Shown here piece after piece: positions 15,986 through 24,050 of a stretch of DNA of 32,000 nucleotides (the stretch's first letter is position 1; each line of letters starts with the position of its first letter). The notes under the pieces were generated by a model that was not told where the DNA came from, did not search any database, and saw only the letters and a program-made list of their open reading frames with translations. The stretch is taken from NCBI RefSeq assembly GCF_000011805.1, contig NC_006840.2; one strand, written 5' to 3'. The position numbers and the translations under genes are program-made. Source of the DNA: Aliivibrio fischeri ES114. Lineage in GTDB: Bacteria > Pseudomonadota > Gammaproteobacteria > Enterobacterales > Vibrionaceae.

Positions 15986-16085
15986 TCTTACTTCTCTAAC
16001 TCGCCCCCAAAACCTAATCCCAGCTCTTACTTCTCTAACTCGTCCCTAAAACCTAGCCCCTGCTCTTACTCTCCCTATCTTACAA
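15986..16085. repeat. 39-bp tandem repeat, 2.5 copies, with a degenerate copy upstream from ~15939
   Basis: Unit 15986-16024 versus unit 16025-16063 matches at 34/39 positions (TCTTACTTCTCTAACTCGYCCCYAAAACCTARYCCCWGC). A third copy from 16064 is truncated. Confidence 0.85.
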
Positions 16086-16120
16086 AAACAAAAAAGCCCT
16101 CGGCACCAAGTACCGAGGGC
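16084..16120 (-). terminator. Terminator after flgP
   Basis: Minus strand reads GCCCTCGG-tacttggtg-CCGAGGGC followed by TTTTTTGTTTTT. Confidence 0.75.
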
Positions 16121-16173
16121 AATAGCATTATGTCGAATGAGAGCTTCTAACTAATCCTATCTAAAAGCATCAA

Positions 16174-16605
16174 TTAGAATAACGTTGTTTTTCTTTGTGT
16201 TGATGGTACATCGTAAACCTGACCTTGGTTTTTCATTCGTTCCATCTTTTTCAAGTTAAGCTTTAATTCAGTAACGTAGCTATCTCCCACAGGGTAAGTT
16301 CTAACCACTTCAGCGCCACGAATAATACCATCTACACCAGCACTAGTACTTTCTTCACCAAGCTGCTGATCATTCATCTCAACTTTACCGCTGATACGCA
16401 TACCATAAACCTGCTCAGCAAGCTCACGATAAGCATCAACTTTAGATGCTCGCATTGCTCTAATGCGTTTTTCATCGATGTTCTTACCGGCTTGCTCACT
16501 AATGCTTGCATATCCAACAGCTGTAAGGTTATCGCTTTCACGCATAACACCGATTGGCTGACATCCAACTAATACTAATAGGGCTAATAAAAACCAATGT
16601 TTCAT
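16174..16605 (-). CDS. flgP: Flagellar basal-disk lipoprotein FlgP (LPP20-like)
   Basis: 143 aa with lipobox LLVLVGC and an LPP20/FlgP-type core (RAMRASKVDAYRELAEQVYG). Second gene of a flgO-flgP pair divergent from flgT, as in V. cholerae. Confidence 0.85.
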   Translation of the reverse strand: MKHWFLLALLVLVGCQPIGVMRESDNLTAVGYASISEQAGKNIDEKRIRAMRASKVDAYRELAEQVYGMRISGKVEMNDQQLGEESTSAGVDGIIRGAEVVRTYPVGDSYVTELKLNLKKMERMKNQGQVYDVPSTQRKTTLF

Positions 16606-16616
16606 ATTCGCTTCTC

Positions 16617-17252
16617 CTATGGACGAAGGATAATTGTGTTACGTTCTGCCTTTTGCACATCAGAACGAATGATCACACCATCTTCCATACGCATTGTATT
16701 TAGTGTGTCTAAATCACGGCCAATTCGATCCGCAGGTAGGAAACCTTGTGCCGATGCAACAACTACACGAGTTTGCATACCAATAACACGAGCATTAATT
16801 AATACACCACCATCTTGGCGAAGCATTGTACCTGTTAGTACGTAATCAACTTGCTGCTCTTGAACCAATTCTTTCCAATCACGGCTAAATGCAAAGTCAC
16901 CCTGCTGAGTCACTCTGATATTACCCGTTGTTTTATAGTCAATAACTTTAAAACCACGACGTTGAAGTTGGAAAATAAAGCTTTCTGTCACCGAGTTACC
17001 TAACCAGTTTGTTTGATCCATTTGTTGTAGATCTACAAAAGAAGTAATGGCAATTGGTGAACGAGCAGATAACGTCGTATTCGATGTTACTAACTGTTCA
17101 GTTAAGCTTTCAATAAAGTAGTCCATTGTATGGCGTGGGGTATCAGCCAGCATAAATGGGCTACCGTTATATGGTTCTTTACCATTATAAATAGGTGAAT
17201 ATGCACATGCACTCATCACCATAGACAGTAAAATTACAACCAATGCTCTCAT
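16617..17252 (-). CDS. flgO: Flagellum-associated outer-membrane protein FlgO (called mainly by synteny)
   Basis: 211 aa with a signal/lipobox-like N-terminus (LLSMVMSAC). Directly upstream of flgP with an 11-nt gap, and divergent from flgT. Confidence 0.7.
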   Translation of the reverse strand: MRALVVILLSMVMSACAYSPIYNGKEPYNGSPFMLADTPRHTMDYFIESLTEQLVTSNTTLSARSPIAITSFVDLQQMDQTNWLGNSVTESFIFQLQRRGFKVIDYKTTGNIRVTQQGDFAFSRDWKELVQEQQVDYVLTGTMLRQDGGVLINARVIGMQTRVVVASAQGFLPADRIGRDLDTLNTMRMEDGVIIRSDVQKAERNTIILRP

Positions 17253-17423
17253 TCTATTATCTCCAGATAATGTTTTAATATACTTACTAATTCTTCAATT
17301 TAAGCGTCAAACTTAAACTAGGAACAAAACTTGCTATAGTTAAGGAAACGCAATTTGTAAGTACTTTTATCAATCAACAAATATTAGTTAGCAAATTCCA
17401 TACCCACTTGGCAGATAACAGTA

Positions 17424-18560
17424 ATGAAAAAAATAATTTATTTAATTACCTCTATATTAACAATGAGTTACATTGCACCGGCACATGCTGAGTGGTTTGA
17501 GGTAACAGGTTCAGCAAGTGTCTTAACCAGTAAAGATGCGGCAAGAGCTAATGCACTAGAAGATGCCGCTTATCAAGCAATGCTGTTTTCTGGGGCCGAT
17601 ATTAGCCGCCTAAAGGATCTTAAGATCTTTTTAGAGAATGATAATAAACGTTATCAATTTAGCGGTAGTGAAATTCGTAGCATCGAAGTGGTTAAAGAAA
17701 AGAAGAAAAACGACAAAATTTATATTACAGCTCGTATTGATATCTACCCTTCGGCAAACAGTTGCCATATAGGGCAATACAAGAAGACGTTTATGACGAG
17801 TGAAATCACGATTGACTCACCACAACAAGCGGTAATGGGTAAGGTATATCATTTAGGTGAAGACTTAAGTACGATATTTTCACGTCAATTAGATAAAGAA
17901 TCACAAAGCTTTGTATCAGTAGGTACTTCTCATATTCGTATTGATAAACGTCAACCAGAAGTCGCAAAAATGATAGCGGAAGATCATGGTGCTCAGTACA
18001 TATTTTCAGGAAGCATTACTGATTTAAGTGCCACGATTGAACAGAATTTACTAAAGAAAGATACCATTAACCGTCAATTTGCTATCGAAGTTGCTGTATT
18101 AGACGGTAAAACGGGTCAAACAATTTACAACAACAACTACCGTGAAGTTGCGCTATGGAACTTCCCTAAAACCAGTGAAGTAGATACACAGAGCGCACGT
18201 TTTTGGACTTCAGCTTATGGCGAAATGGTGTTAAGAGTTAACCGTGACATCATGCTTGATCTCGAAAATCAATTTGCTTGTAAAATGACACTGCCACAGG
18301 TTGTAAATATCAATAATAACCGTATTACAATGGATCTTGGTCGTATTCACGGTGTTAAGAAAGGCGATAAATTAGATCTTTGGCATACAGGTTCTTTTAT
18401 TGATCAAAATGGTCTACCACGTAATAAAGTGACTAAGACAAGTATAACGTTAACCGTAGATCGAGTGTATGAACAAAATGCGGATCTTGTTATTGATCAA
18501 CCACAGTTAATTAATAGCATTCAAATTGGCGATGTTATGCATAAAAACATAGCTGAATAA
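17424..18560 (+). CDS. flgT: Flagellar H-ring protein FlgT
   Basis: 378 aa with a signal peptide (...IAPAHA/EWFEVTG). Size and position (divergent from flgOP) match Vibrio FlgT. Confidence 0.82.
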   Translation: MKKIIYLITSILTMSYIAPAHAEWFEVTGSASVLTSKDAARANALEDAAYQAMLFSGADISRLKDLKIFLENDNKRYQFSGSEIRSIEVVKEKKKNDKIYITARIDIYPSANSCHIGQYKKTFMTSEITIDSPQQAVMGKVYHLGEDLSTIFSRQLDKESQSFVSVGTSHIRIDKRQPEVAKMIAEDHGAQYIFSGSITDLSATIEQNLLKKDTINRQFAIEVAVLDGKTGQTIYNNNYREVALWNFPKTSEVDTQSARFWTSAYGEMVLRVNRDIMLDLENQFACKMTLPQVVNINNNRITMDLGRIHGVKKGDKLDLWHTGSFIDQNGLPRNKVTKTSITLTVDRVYEQNADLVIDQPQLINSIQIGDVMHKNIAE

Positions 18561-18580
18561 ACCAATTTTCAACCTTTAAT

Positions 18581-18621
18581 CAATGAGGAACAGTGCCTAG
18601 CGTGTTGTTTCTCATTGTTTT
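18581..18621 (+). terminator. Terminator-like hairpin after flgT
   Basis: CAATGAGGAACA (18581-18592) pairs with TGTTTCTCATTG (18606-18617). This is a 12-bp stem with one G-U pair and a 13-nt loop, followed by TTTT. Confidence 0.6.
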
Positions 18622-18701
18622 ATGACTCTTACCAACGTTTTGCCTCCTTAGTTATTGTATTCTTAGTCAATAATTCAAATTCAATTTCAAATCAGAACGC
18701 A

Positions 18702-20153
18702 ATGCTAGGTTATTTTCACTTTATTATCGGTTGTTTTTTCTTACTGATAAGCTTCAATTCGTCTGCAACTTCAGTCATGTCCTCAGAATCTTGGCAAGAA
18801 GAATATCATTTAAACCGTATTGAGAATCCAAACAAAGCGCTTTCAATGCTAAACAATGTATATTCATCACTACCACCAAGTGCTGAACGTATTTTTACTG
18901 CAACAAGAATCCATGGATTTGTAACGCGCCGTGGTAACGTATATACCTCCCCACTAAAAAATAATACAACGAATATTTATGATCACATTGAATCATTAAT
19001 CTTATTATCTATGGACTTAGAAGATAATGGAGATTATAAACAAGCTCTTCAGCAAATTAAGAAAGCTCAGTTAAAATCAAAAAATTTAAATGACTTAGAT
19101 TTAAATAGCTTGTTATCTATTAAACAGTGTCGTTCAAACCTAGCTTTAGGAAATTATTATCTCGCAGAGTTTTACTGCCAATCAGCAATAAAGCATTTAG
19201 AAAAAACAAAAGATCATTATATCGATATTAAATGGGCGTATCGCTTATTAGCTTTAAGCTACCAAGGCGTGAGTGATTTTAAATCCGCATTAAAAGCCAA
19301 TGAAAAAGCATTATCTCTAAGCAAAAGTTATGAATTAAACGATACTATTTATAATAATATTAGCTCGTTATTACTACAGATGGGACAATTAAAAGAAGCA
19401 GAGAAATATGCGAAAAAAGCACTAAAAATAAGAGAAAAGCGTCAAATCAGCCAAAAAATTGCCCAATCACATATTGTTCTCGCACAAATATATTTAAAAT
19501 CATCGCAATACGTTCACGCGAAATCGTGTGCAAATTTCGCTATAGCACAACTCAATGACAATACAGCTAATGCGCAAACTCTTAGTCGAGCATACTTAAC
19601 ATTAGCAGCAGTTCTAAATAAACAAAGTTATTATGATGAAGCTATTGAATATCTACTACTCACATTAAAACAATTAGACAACAATTCAAATTCCGACTTA
19701 CTTATCAATACTTACCAGCTACTTAGCAGTGCTTATTTAAAACATGAAAACTCAAATAAAGCATTAGACTACATATCAATTGCTATTGATAAATCTCTAC
19801 AATCCCAGAACCAACAAGCATTAGCAAATTCATATCTCATAAAATCAGATATAGAAGAATTTACTGGTGATATAAAAGCTGCTCTTATTACTCGTAAGCT
19901 ATATGAAAATGTTATCAAAAAAGTTCATGCTCTAAATGATGGTAATAAAGATATGACGTTAGAATTACGTAATATTTTGATTGAGAAAGAAAAAGAGAAA
20001 CTGAATAATTTAAAAGAGAAACATCAACAAATAGTTGAAATTAATAAAGAAAAGCAACACAAACTTTTATTTCAAGTTACTGTTATTATTCTAATTTTAA
20101 TCATATACCTAATATTACGTATTCGATGGTTTCCTATGCATAAGCCAAATTAA
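18702..20153 (+). CDS. TPR-repeat protein with an N-terminal hydrophobic signal/anchor and a C-terminal TM anchor; no catalytic or output domain
   Basis: About 8 TPR-like 34-residue repeats, for example AYRLLALSYQGVSDFKSALKANEKALSL and YNNISSLLLQMGQLKEAEKYAKKALKI. A K/E-rich coiled coil follows, then TM LLFQVTVIILILIIYLILRI and a basic tail RWFPMHKPN. I prefer the ATG at 18702 because the track's TTG at 18615 lies inside the flgT terminator hairpin. No clear SD is present. Confidence 0.75.
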   Translation: MLGYFHFIIGCFFLLISFNSSATSVMSSESWQEEYHLNRIENPNKALSMLNNVYSSLPPSAERIFTATRIHGFVTRRGNVYTSPLKNNTTNIYDHIESLILLSMDLEDNGDYKQALQQIKKAQLKSKNLNDLDLNSLLSIKQCRSNLALGNYYLAEFYCQSAIKHLEKTKDHYIDIKWAYRLLALSYQGVSDFKSALKANEKALSLSKSYELNDTIYNNISSLLLQMGQLKEAEKYAKKALKIREKRQISQKIAQSHIVLAQIYLKSSQYVHAKSCANFAIAQLNDNTANAQTLSRAYLTLAAVLNKQSYYDEAIEYLLLTLKQLDNNSNSDLLINTYQLLSSAYLKHENSNKALDYISIAIDKSLQSQNQQALANSYLIKSDIEEFTGDIKAALITRKLYENVIKKVHALNDGNKDMTLELRNILIEKEKEKLNNLKEKHQQIVEINKEKQHKLLFQVTVIILILIIYLILRIRWFPMHKPN

Positions 20154-20234
20154 TGATCTATATTTAAATGTAGCAACGGATATGCATACAAAAAGTCGTA
20201 AGGAAAAATCAATTATTTTATTGAGGTCTTAACG

Positions 20235-20408
20235 ATGAAATACACATTATTAGCAATTCTTTTATCCATTTCTTCGTTTAATATATTTGCTTATGGTGGT
20301 GCCACAGAAGTGGGGCCAAAAGTATCCTGTGAGCTACCAGATGGAACAGTATCAGAAACTTATTTACTATTATGTAAAGGTAACGGTGGTACCGTTAAAG
20401 TGGATTAA
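20235..20408 (+). CDS. Unannotated small secreted protein (57 aa; 38-aa mature part with 2 Cys)
   Basis: The ATG is preceded by GAGGT. Translation: MKYTLLAILLSISSFNIFAYGGATEVGPKVSCELPDGTVSETYLLLCKGNGGTVKVD. It has a typical signal peptide and is followed by a strong terminator. It falls below the 60-aa cutoff of the ORF track. Confidence 0.5.
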   Translation: MKYTLLAILLSISSFNIFAYGGATEVGPKVSCELPDGTVSETYLLLCKGNGGTVKVD

Positions 20409-20470
20409 ATAAAGTATTAATCAATAGCAATGACTAAGTAATTACTGAAAAAGTAAAAACGCAAAGCATA

Positions 20471-20499
20471 AAAAAACCGCTGAATAACAGCGGTTTTTA
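20471..20499. terminator. Bidirectional terminator between the small ORF (+) and gltX (-)
   Basis: AAAAAACCGCTG-aataa-CAGCGGTTTTT. Confidence 0.8.
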
Positions 20500-20517
20500 T
20501 CCAAAATATAAGCAGGA

Positions 20518-21942
20518 TTATGCGTTAGCTTCACGCTCTGCAATAAATGCTAATGCCATCTTGATGCGAGCAACAACACGCTCTTTACCAACTAATTGCA
20601 TAACAGCATCTACTGATGGTGATTGACCACCGCCAGTTACTGCAACACGTAGAGGCATACCAATTTTGCCCATGCCGATCTCTAACTCAGCACACACTTC
20701 TTCAATCACATTGTGAAGATTTTCAGTAGTCCACTCTTCTAGCGCTTCCACTTTAGCTAAAGCAAGCTCTAATGGGCCTTTAGCAACACCACGTAAGTGT
20801 TTTTTAGCTGCACCAGCTTCAAACTCTTCGAAATCTTGGTAGAAATAACGAGATTGATCAGCTAATTCGATCAGCGTATTGCAACGCTCACCCACTAGCT
20901 TAATAACTTCAGTAATTGCAGGACCATTATCTAAAGAGATTTCTTTTTGATCTAAGTGCCATTGTAGGTATTTTGCAACATACTCAGGCTCTGATGATTT
21001 AATGTAGTGGTTGTTTAACCATAACAATTTATCAGTGTTGAATGCTGATGCTGATTTACTTACTGCGCTTAAACTAAATAGATTAATCATCTCTTCTTGA
21101 GAGAAAATCTCTTGATCACCATGAGACCAACCTAAACGTACTAAGTAGTTATTCAGTGCGTTTGGTAGGTAACCTTCATCACGGTATTGCATTACAGATA
21201 CCGCACCATGACGCTTAGACAGTTTTGCGCCATCATCGCCAAGGATCATTGCACAGTGTGCAAACATAGGTACAGGAGCACCTAATGCTTCATAAATATT
21301 GATTTGACGAGGCGTGTTATTGATATGGTCTTCACCACGAATAACTTGAGTAATACCCATATCCCAGTCATCAACCACTACTACGAAGTTGTATGTTGGA
21401 GCACCATCAGTACGACGAATGATTAAGTCATCTAACTGGCTATTTGAGATTTCGATGCGGCCACGAATTTGGTCATCAAATACTACCGAACCTTCTTTTG
21501 GGTTACGGAAGCGAATTACACATGCATCACCTTCTTTTGCAGCCGCATTCGCAGCAACAATTTTAGGATGGTTTGCATCGTAACGAGCCATTTCTTTGTT
21601 TGCTTCTTGCTCTGCACGAATTTCATCTAGCAGTTCTTTTGATGCATAACATTTGTATGCTTTATCTTCAGCAAGCAGTTGGTCAACAACTTCATTGTAA
21701 CGGTCAAAACGCTTAGATTGGTAATATGGACCTTCATCCCATTCCATACCCATCCAGTGCATACCTTCAATAATAGCGTCTACCGCTTCTTGAGAGTTAC
21801 GCTCTAGATCCGTATCTTCGATACGTAGAACAAATTCGCCACCTTGGTTTTTAGCAAAAAGCCATGAGTAAAGTGCTGTACGAGCACCACCAACGTGAAG
21901 ATAGCCTGTTGGGCTTGGAGCAAAACGAGTTTTAACCGTCAT
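20518..21942 (-). CDS. gltX: Glutamyl-tRNA synthetase
   Basis: 474 aa with the HIGH motif ([14 protein letters not shown]) and the KMSKS-type motif (KLSKRHG). Confidence 0.97.
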   Translation of the reverse strand: MTVKTRFAPSPTGYLHVGGARTALYSWLFAKNQGGEFVLRIEDTDLERNSQEAVDAIIEGMHWMGMEWDEGPYYQSKRFDRYNEVVDQLLAEDKAYKCYASKELLDEIRAEQEANKEMARYDANHPKIVAANAAAKEGDACVIRFRNPKEGSVVFDDQIRGRIEISNSQLDDLIIRRTDGAPTYNFVVVVDDWDMGITQVIRGEDHINNTPRQINIYEALGAPVPMFAHCAMILGDDGAKLSKRHGAVSVMQYRDEGYLPNALNNYLVRLGWSHGDQEIFSQEEMINLFSLSAVSKSASAFNTDKLLWLNNHYIKSSEPEYVAKYLQWHLDQKEISLDNGPAITEVIKLVGERCNTLIELADQSRYFYQDFEEFEAGAAKKHLRGVAKGPLELALAKVEALEEWTTENLHNVIEEVCAELEIGMGKIGMPLRVAVTGGGQSPSVDAVMQLVGKERVVARIKMALAFIAEREANA

Positions 21943-22065
21943 TGTTATTACCTTTTTGAAGAGGTTGAGCTGAATCTGTCAGCACCACATAATTTGTGCG
22001 CTATTTTAGCACTATAAGGTAATTCTACAATGGGAAAGAGAGACTGTGTCTAATTTAAAAAATAG

Positions 22066-22100
22066 AAAAAGTGGTTAAGCGACTTACTCAACCACTTTTA
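22066..22100 (-). terminator. Terminator after the lipoprotein gene
   Basis: AAGTGGTT-N13-AACCACTT flanked by A/T runs, 12 nt after the stop. Confidence 0.6.
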
Positions 22101-22111
22101 AAATTCAAAAA

Positions 22112-22909
22112 TTATTTATTTAACAACCAAGTTAAGATTTGAGCTCTATCTTCAGTAGAGGCCTTTTCATACCAGTAGCTCAACATTTCTACTGATTTAG
22201 AACCAGATTTTAATTGCGTACTGATTGATTTTCTATTTGCAAACGCCCACTCAGTAAATTGCTCTTGTTCTGCAACAGTTGCTTCATCAAACCAATATTT
22301 ACTCATTTCTACTGGTTTCGAATCTTTTGATTCTACTTTTATTTCAGCCGCAGGTTGCTGCACTGCTGATGGAGTATGTTCAAGCTGAAGCGTTTTCTCA
22401 TTTAGCACGGCTTGAAAATAGCCAGCAGGAATAGTGAAAGATAATTTAGAAAGATCGTTTTGAGTTTTAACTACGTAAGTTAATCCTGTTTTTGCTGATG
22501 AAACAATCTCTTCGTTATCAATAGGGAACGTAAAGTATTGAGTTGATGTGCAGTGCTCTGAACATGATTCCGTCGATACTGAATAAGGTTTTATTTTGCG
22601 TTCTTCATTATTAATAAACACAGAATCATACGCATAACTTGTTTTAAAATAACTTAGCTCTACAGCCATATACGATGATGGTGCTTTTCTTCCACCAGTA
22701 GGGTAAATAGCAACAAGTTGTGATGTATTTTTTAAAGAACTAGCCCCAACACTTTTATTTTCAATTGGAACAATATCCTTCGCTTCAATTGATACATAAT
22801 TAAACTTTCGAGTAACTTCTTCGATTGCATCAGAAAAATCATCATCACTCGATAATGTTGAGCATCCACTCAGTAATAATATGCTAATTCCAACAACTTT
22901 TTTATACAT
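22112..22909 (-). CDS. Lipoprotein with a duplicated YccT/DUF2057-like C-terminal motif
   Basis: Lipobox ILLLSGC. I prefer the ATG at 22909 (AAGGTG 6 nt upstream) over the TTG at 22930. The C-terminus carries two copies of (K/S)YW(F/Y)xxAxxxxxxxxxxW (SKYWFDEATVAEQEQFTEWAF and LSYWYEKASTEDRAQILTWLL). Confidence 0.8.
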   Translation of the reverse strand: MYKKVVGISILLLSGCSTLSSDDDFSDAIEEVTRKFNYVSIEAKDIVPIENKSVGASSLKNTSQLVAIYPTGGRKAPSSYMAVELSYFKTSYAYDSVFINNEERKIKPYSVSTESCSEHCTSTQYFTFPIDNEEIVSSAKTGLTYVVKTQNDLSKLSFTIPAGYFQAVLNEKTLQLEHTPSAVQQPAAEIKVESKDSKPVEMSKYWFDEATVAEQEQFTEWAFANRKSISTQLKSGSKSVEMLSYWYEKASTEDRAQILTWLLNK

Positions 22910-22941
22910 TTTATACACCTTAAATTTCAAATGCTCTTAAA

Positions 22942-22969
22942 ATAAAAACGCCAGCAATTCGCTAGCGTT
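22942..22969 (-). terminator. Terminator after the porin gene
   Basis: Minus strand reads AACGCTAGC-gaatt-GCTGGCGTT (one mismatch) followed by TTTTTATTTT. Confidence 0.6.
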
Positions 22970-22997
22970 TTAAAGATTAACTAAGTAACAGTATACC

Positions 22998-24050
22998 TTA
23001 GAAACCGTACTCTAAACCTACACGAGTTACGATATCAGTATCTTTATCTCCTACAGTACGACCAGCTACACGTAGGTATGGAACAAAACCATTATGCACA
23101 TACATTACTTGCCCTGAAATTGTATTCGAATCCAAAGATTCTTCTTTTAGTCCAACCGTTTTTATTCCATCAGCATCTAAGTTAGCAGCATAACCAACTT
23201 TAAAACCTAATGAATCAAGCCAATACTGACCAATTACAGAAAAAGACCCTTGATCTACATTTTCACCAGAAACCGCTACACCCGCAGCATTTTTGCCAGA
23301 GAATTTATCTACACTTTCTTGTTTATATGCGCCAGCTAAACTAAAGCCACCAGGTAAACCTACTTCAGCACCAACTAAATAAGTTAAATTATCATTATCA
23401 TCAACACCGCGGAAATCAGAACCACCTTCAACAGCACCCATTAATGTTACTGTGCTGATTGTATATTTCACATTACCACTGAAAAAACGAGAATCACGAG
23501 TTGCAGAACCACTTGGGTTTCCATCACGACCAGCAGAAAGAGCAAATGTTAAACCACCAAAATTAGGAGAGTCGTAACGAACTTGGTTTGATTGACGATC
23601 ATAGTGAGCATTTACACCACCCCAATCAAATACAGAACCTAAACCAGGGTTAGAGAAAGGCCAGTCAATAATTTCATATAAAGGTGTAAGTACACGACCT
23701 GCACGCAAATTACCCCAATCACCAGAAAGACCTAGGTAAGTATCACGAGCACCTAACTCTCCACCTTGCCAGCTATCTACATAACCAGACTCAATTTGCA
23801 TTGTAACTAATACATTTTCAAACATTTCTTTATGTGCACGAAAACCAATTCGAGATTCATTTTCTAATACATAACCGTTTGTACCATCGCCATTACCAGT
23901 TGTATTGTAGTTAACAGTAGACATTGCTGCCACACCGTACACTTCAACATTAAAGTCAGAGTTAATACCAACTTCTTTTGCTGTTACACCAGCAGATGCT
24001 AAAGCAACAGCTGCGCCTAATAACGTTGTTTTAAAAAATTTGTTTTCCAT
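22998..24050 (-). CDS. Outer-membrane general porin (gram-negative porin family)
   Basis: 350 aa with a signal peptide (...ALASAGVTA/KEV), alternating beta-strand pattern, Gly/Asp/Asn-rich loops and the C-terminal GLEYGF with terminal Phe. Confidence 0.88.
   Translation of the reverse strand: MENKFFKTTLLGAAVALASAGVTAKEVGINSDFNVEVYGVAAMSTVNYNTTGNGDGTNGYVLENESRIGFRAHKEMFENVLVTMQIESGYVDSWQGGELGARDTYLGLSGDWGNLRAGRVLTPLYEIIDWPFSNPGLGSVFDWGGVNAHYDRQSNQVRYDSPNFGGLTFALSAGRDGNPSGSATRDSRFFSGNVKYTISTVTLMGAVEGGSDFRGVDDNDNLTYLVGAEVGLPGGFSLAGAYKQESVDKFSGKNAAGVAVSGENVDQGSFSVIGQYWLDSLGFKVGYAANLDADGIKTVGLKEESLDSNTISGQVMYVHNGFVPYLRVAGRTVGDKDTDIVTRVGLEYGF

Noticed and set aside
15867-16049. A 60-aa ORF after flgN.
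   Set aside because: It spans the flgN terminator hairpin and the 39-bp tandem repeats. Its repeating LTSLTRP translation is an artefact of the DNA repeat. It has no SD.
11844-16845. ORFs 11844-12035, 13066-13302, 13402-13647, 14596-14853, 15219-15449, 16374-16568 and 16597-16845.
   Set aside because: They are shadow ORFs opposite flgB, cheV, flgA, flgM, flgP and flgO. Their sequences are Ser/Thr/Leu-rich nonsense.
18381-18395. TGGCATACAGGTTCT inside flgT, 14/15 identical to the flgB sigma54 promoter.
   Set aside because: The -12 GC is replaced by CT and the sequence is in-frame coding (WHTGS). Shared 13-mers of this kind are expected by chance in a window this size.
18615-18701. TTG-initiated N-terminal extension of the TPR ORF.
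   Set aside because: The TTG lies inside the stem of the flgT terminator hairpin. The ATG at 18702 immediately precedes the hydrophobic signal/anchor.
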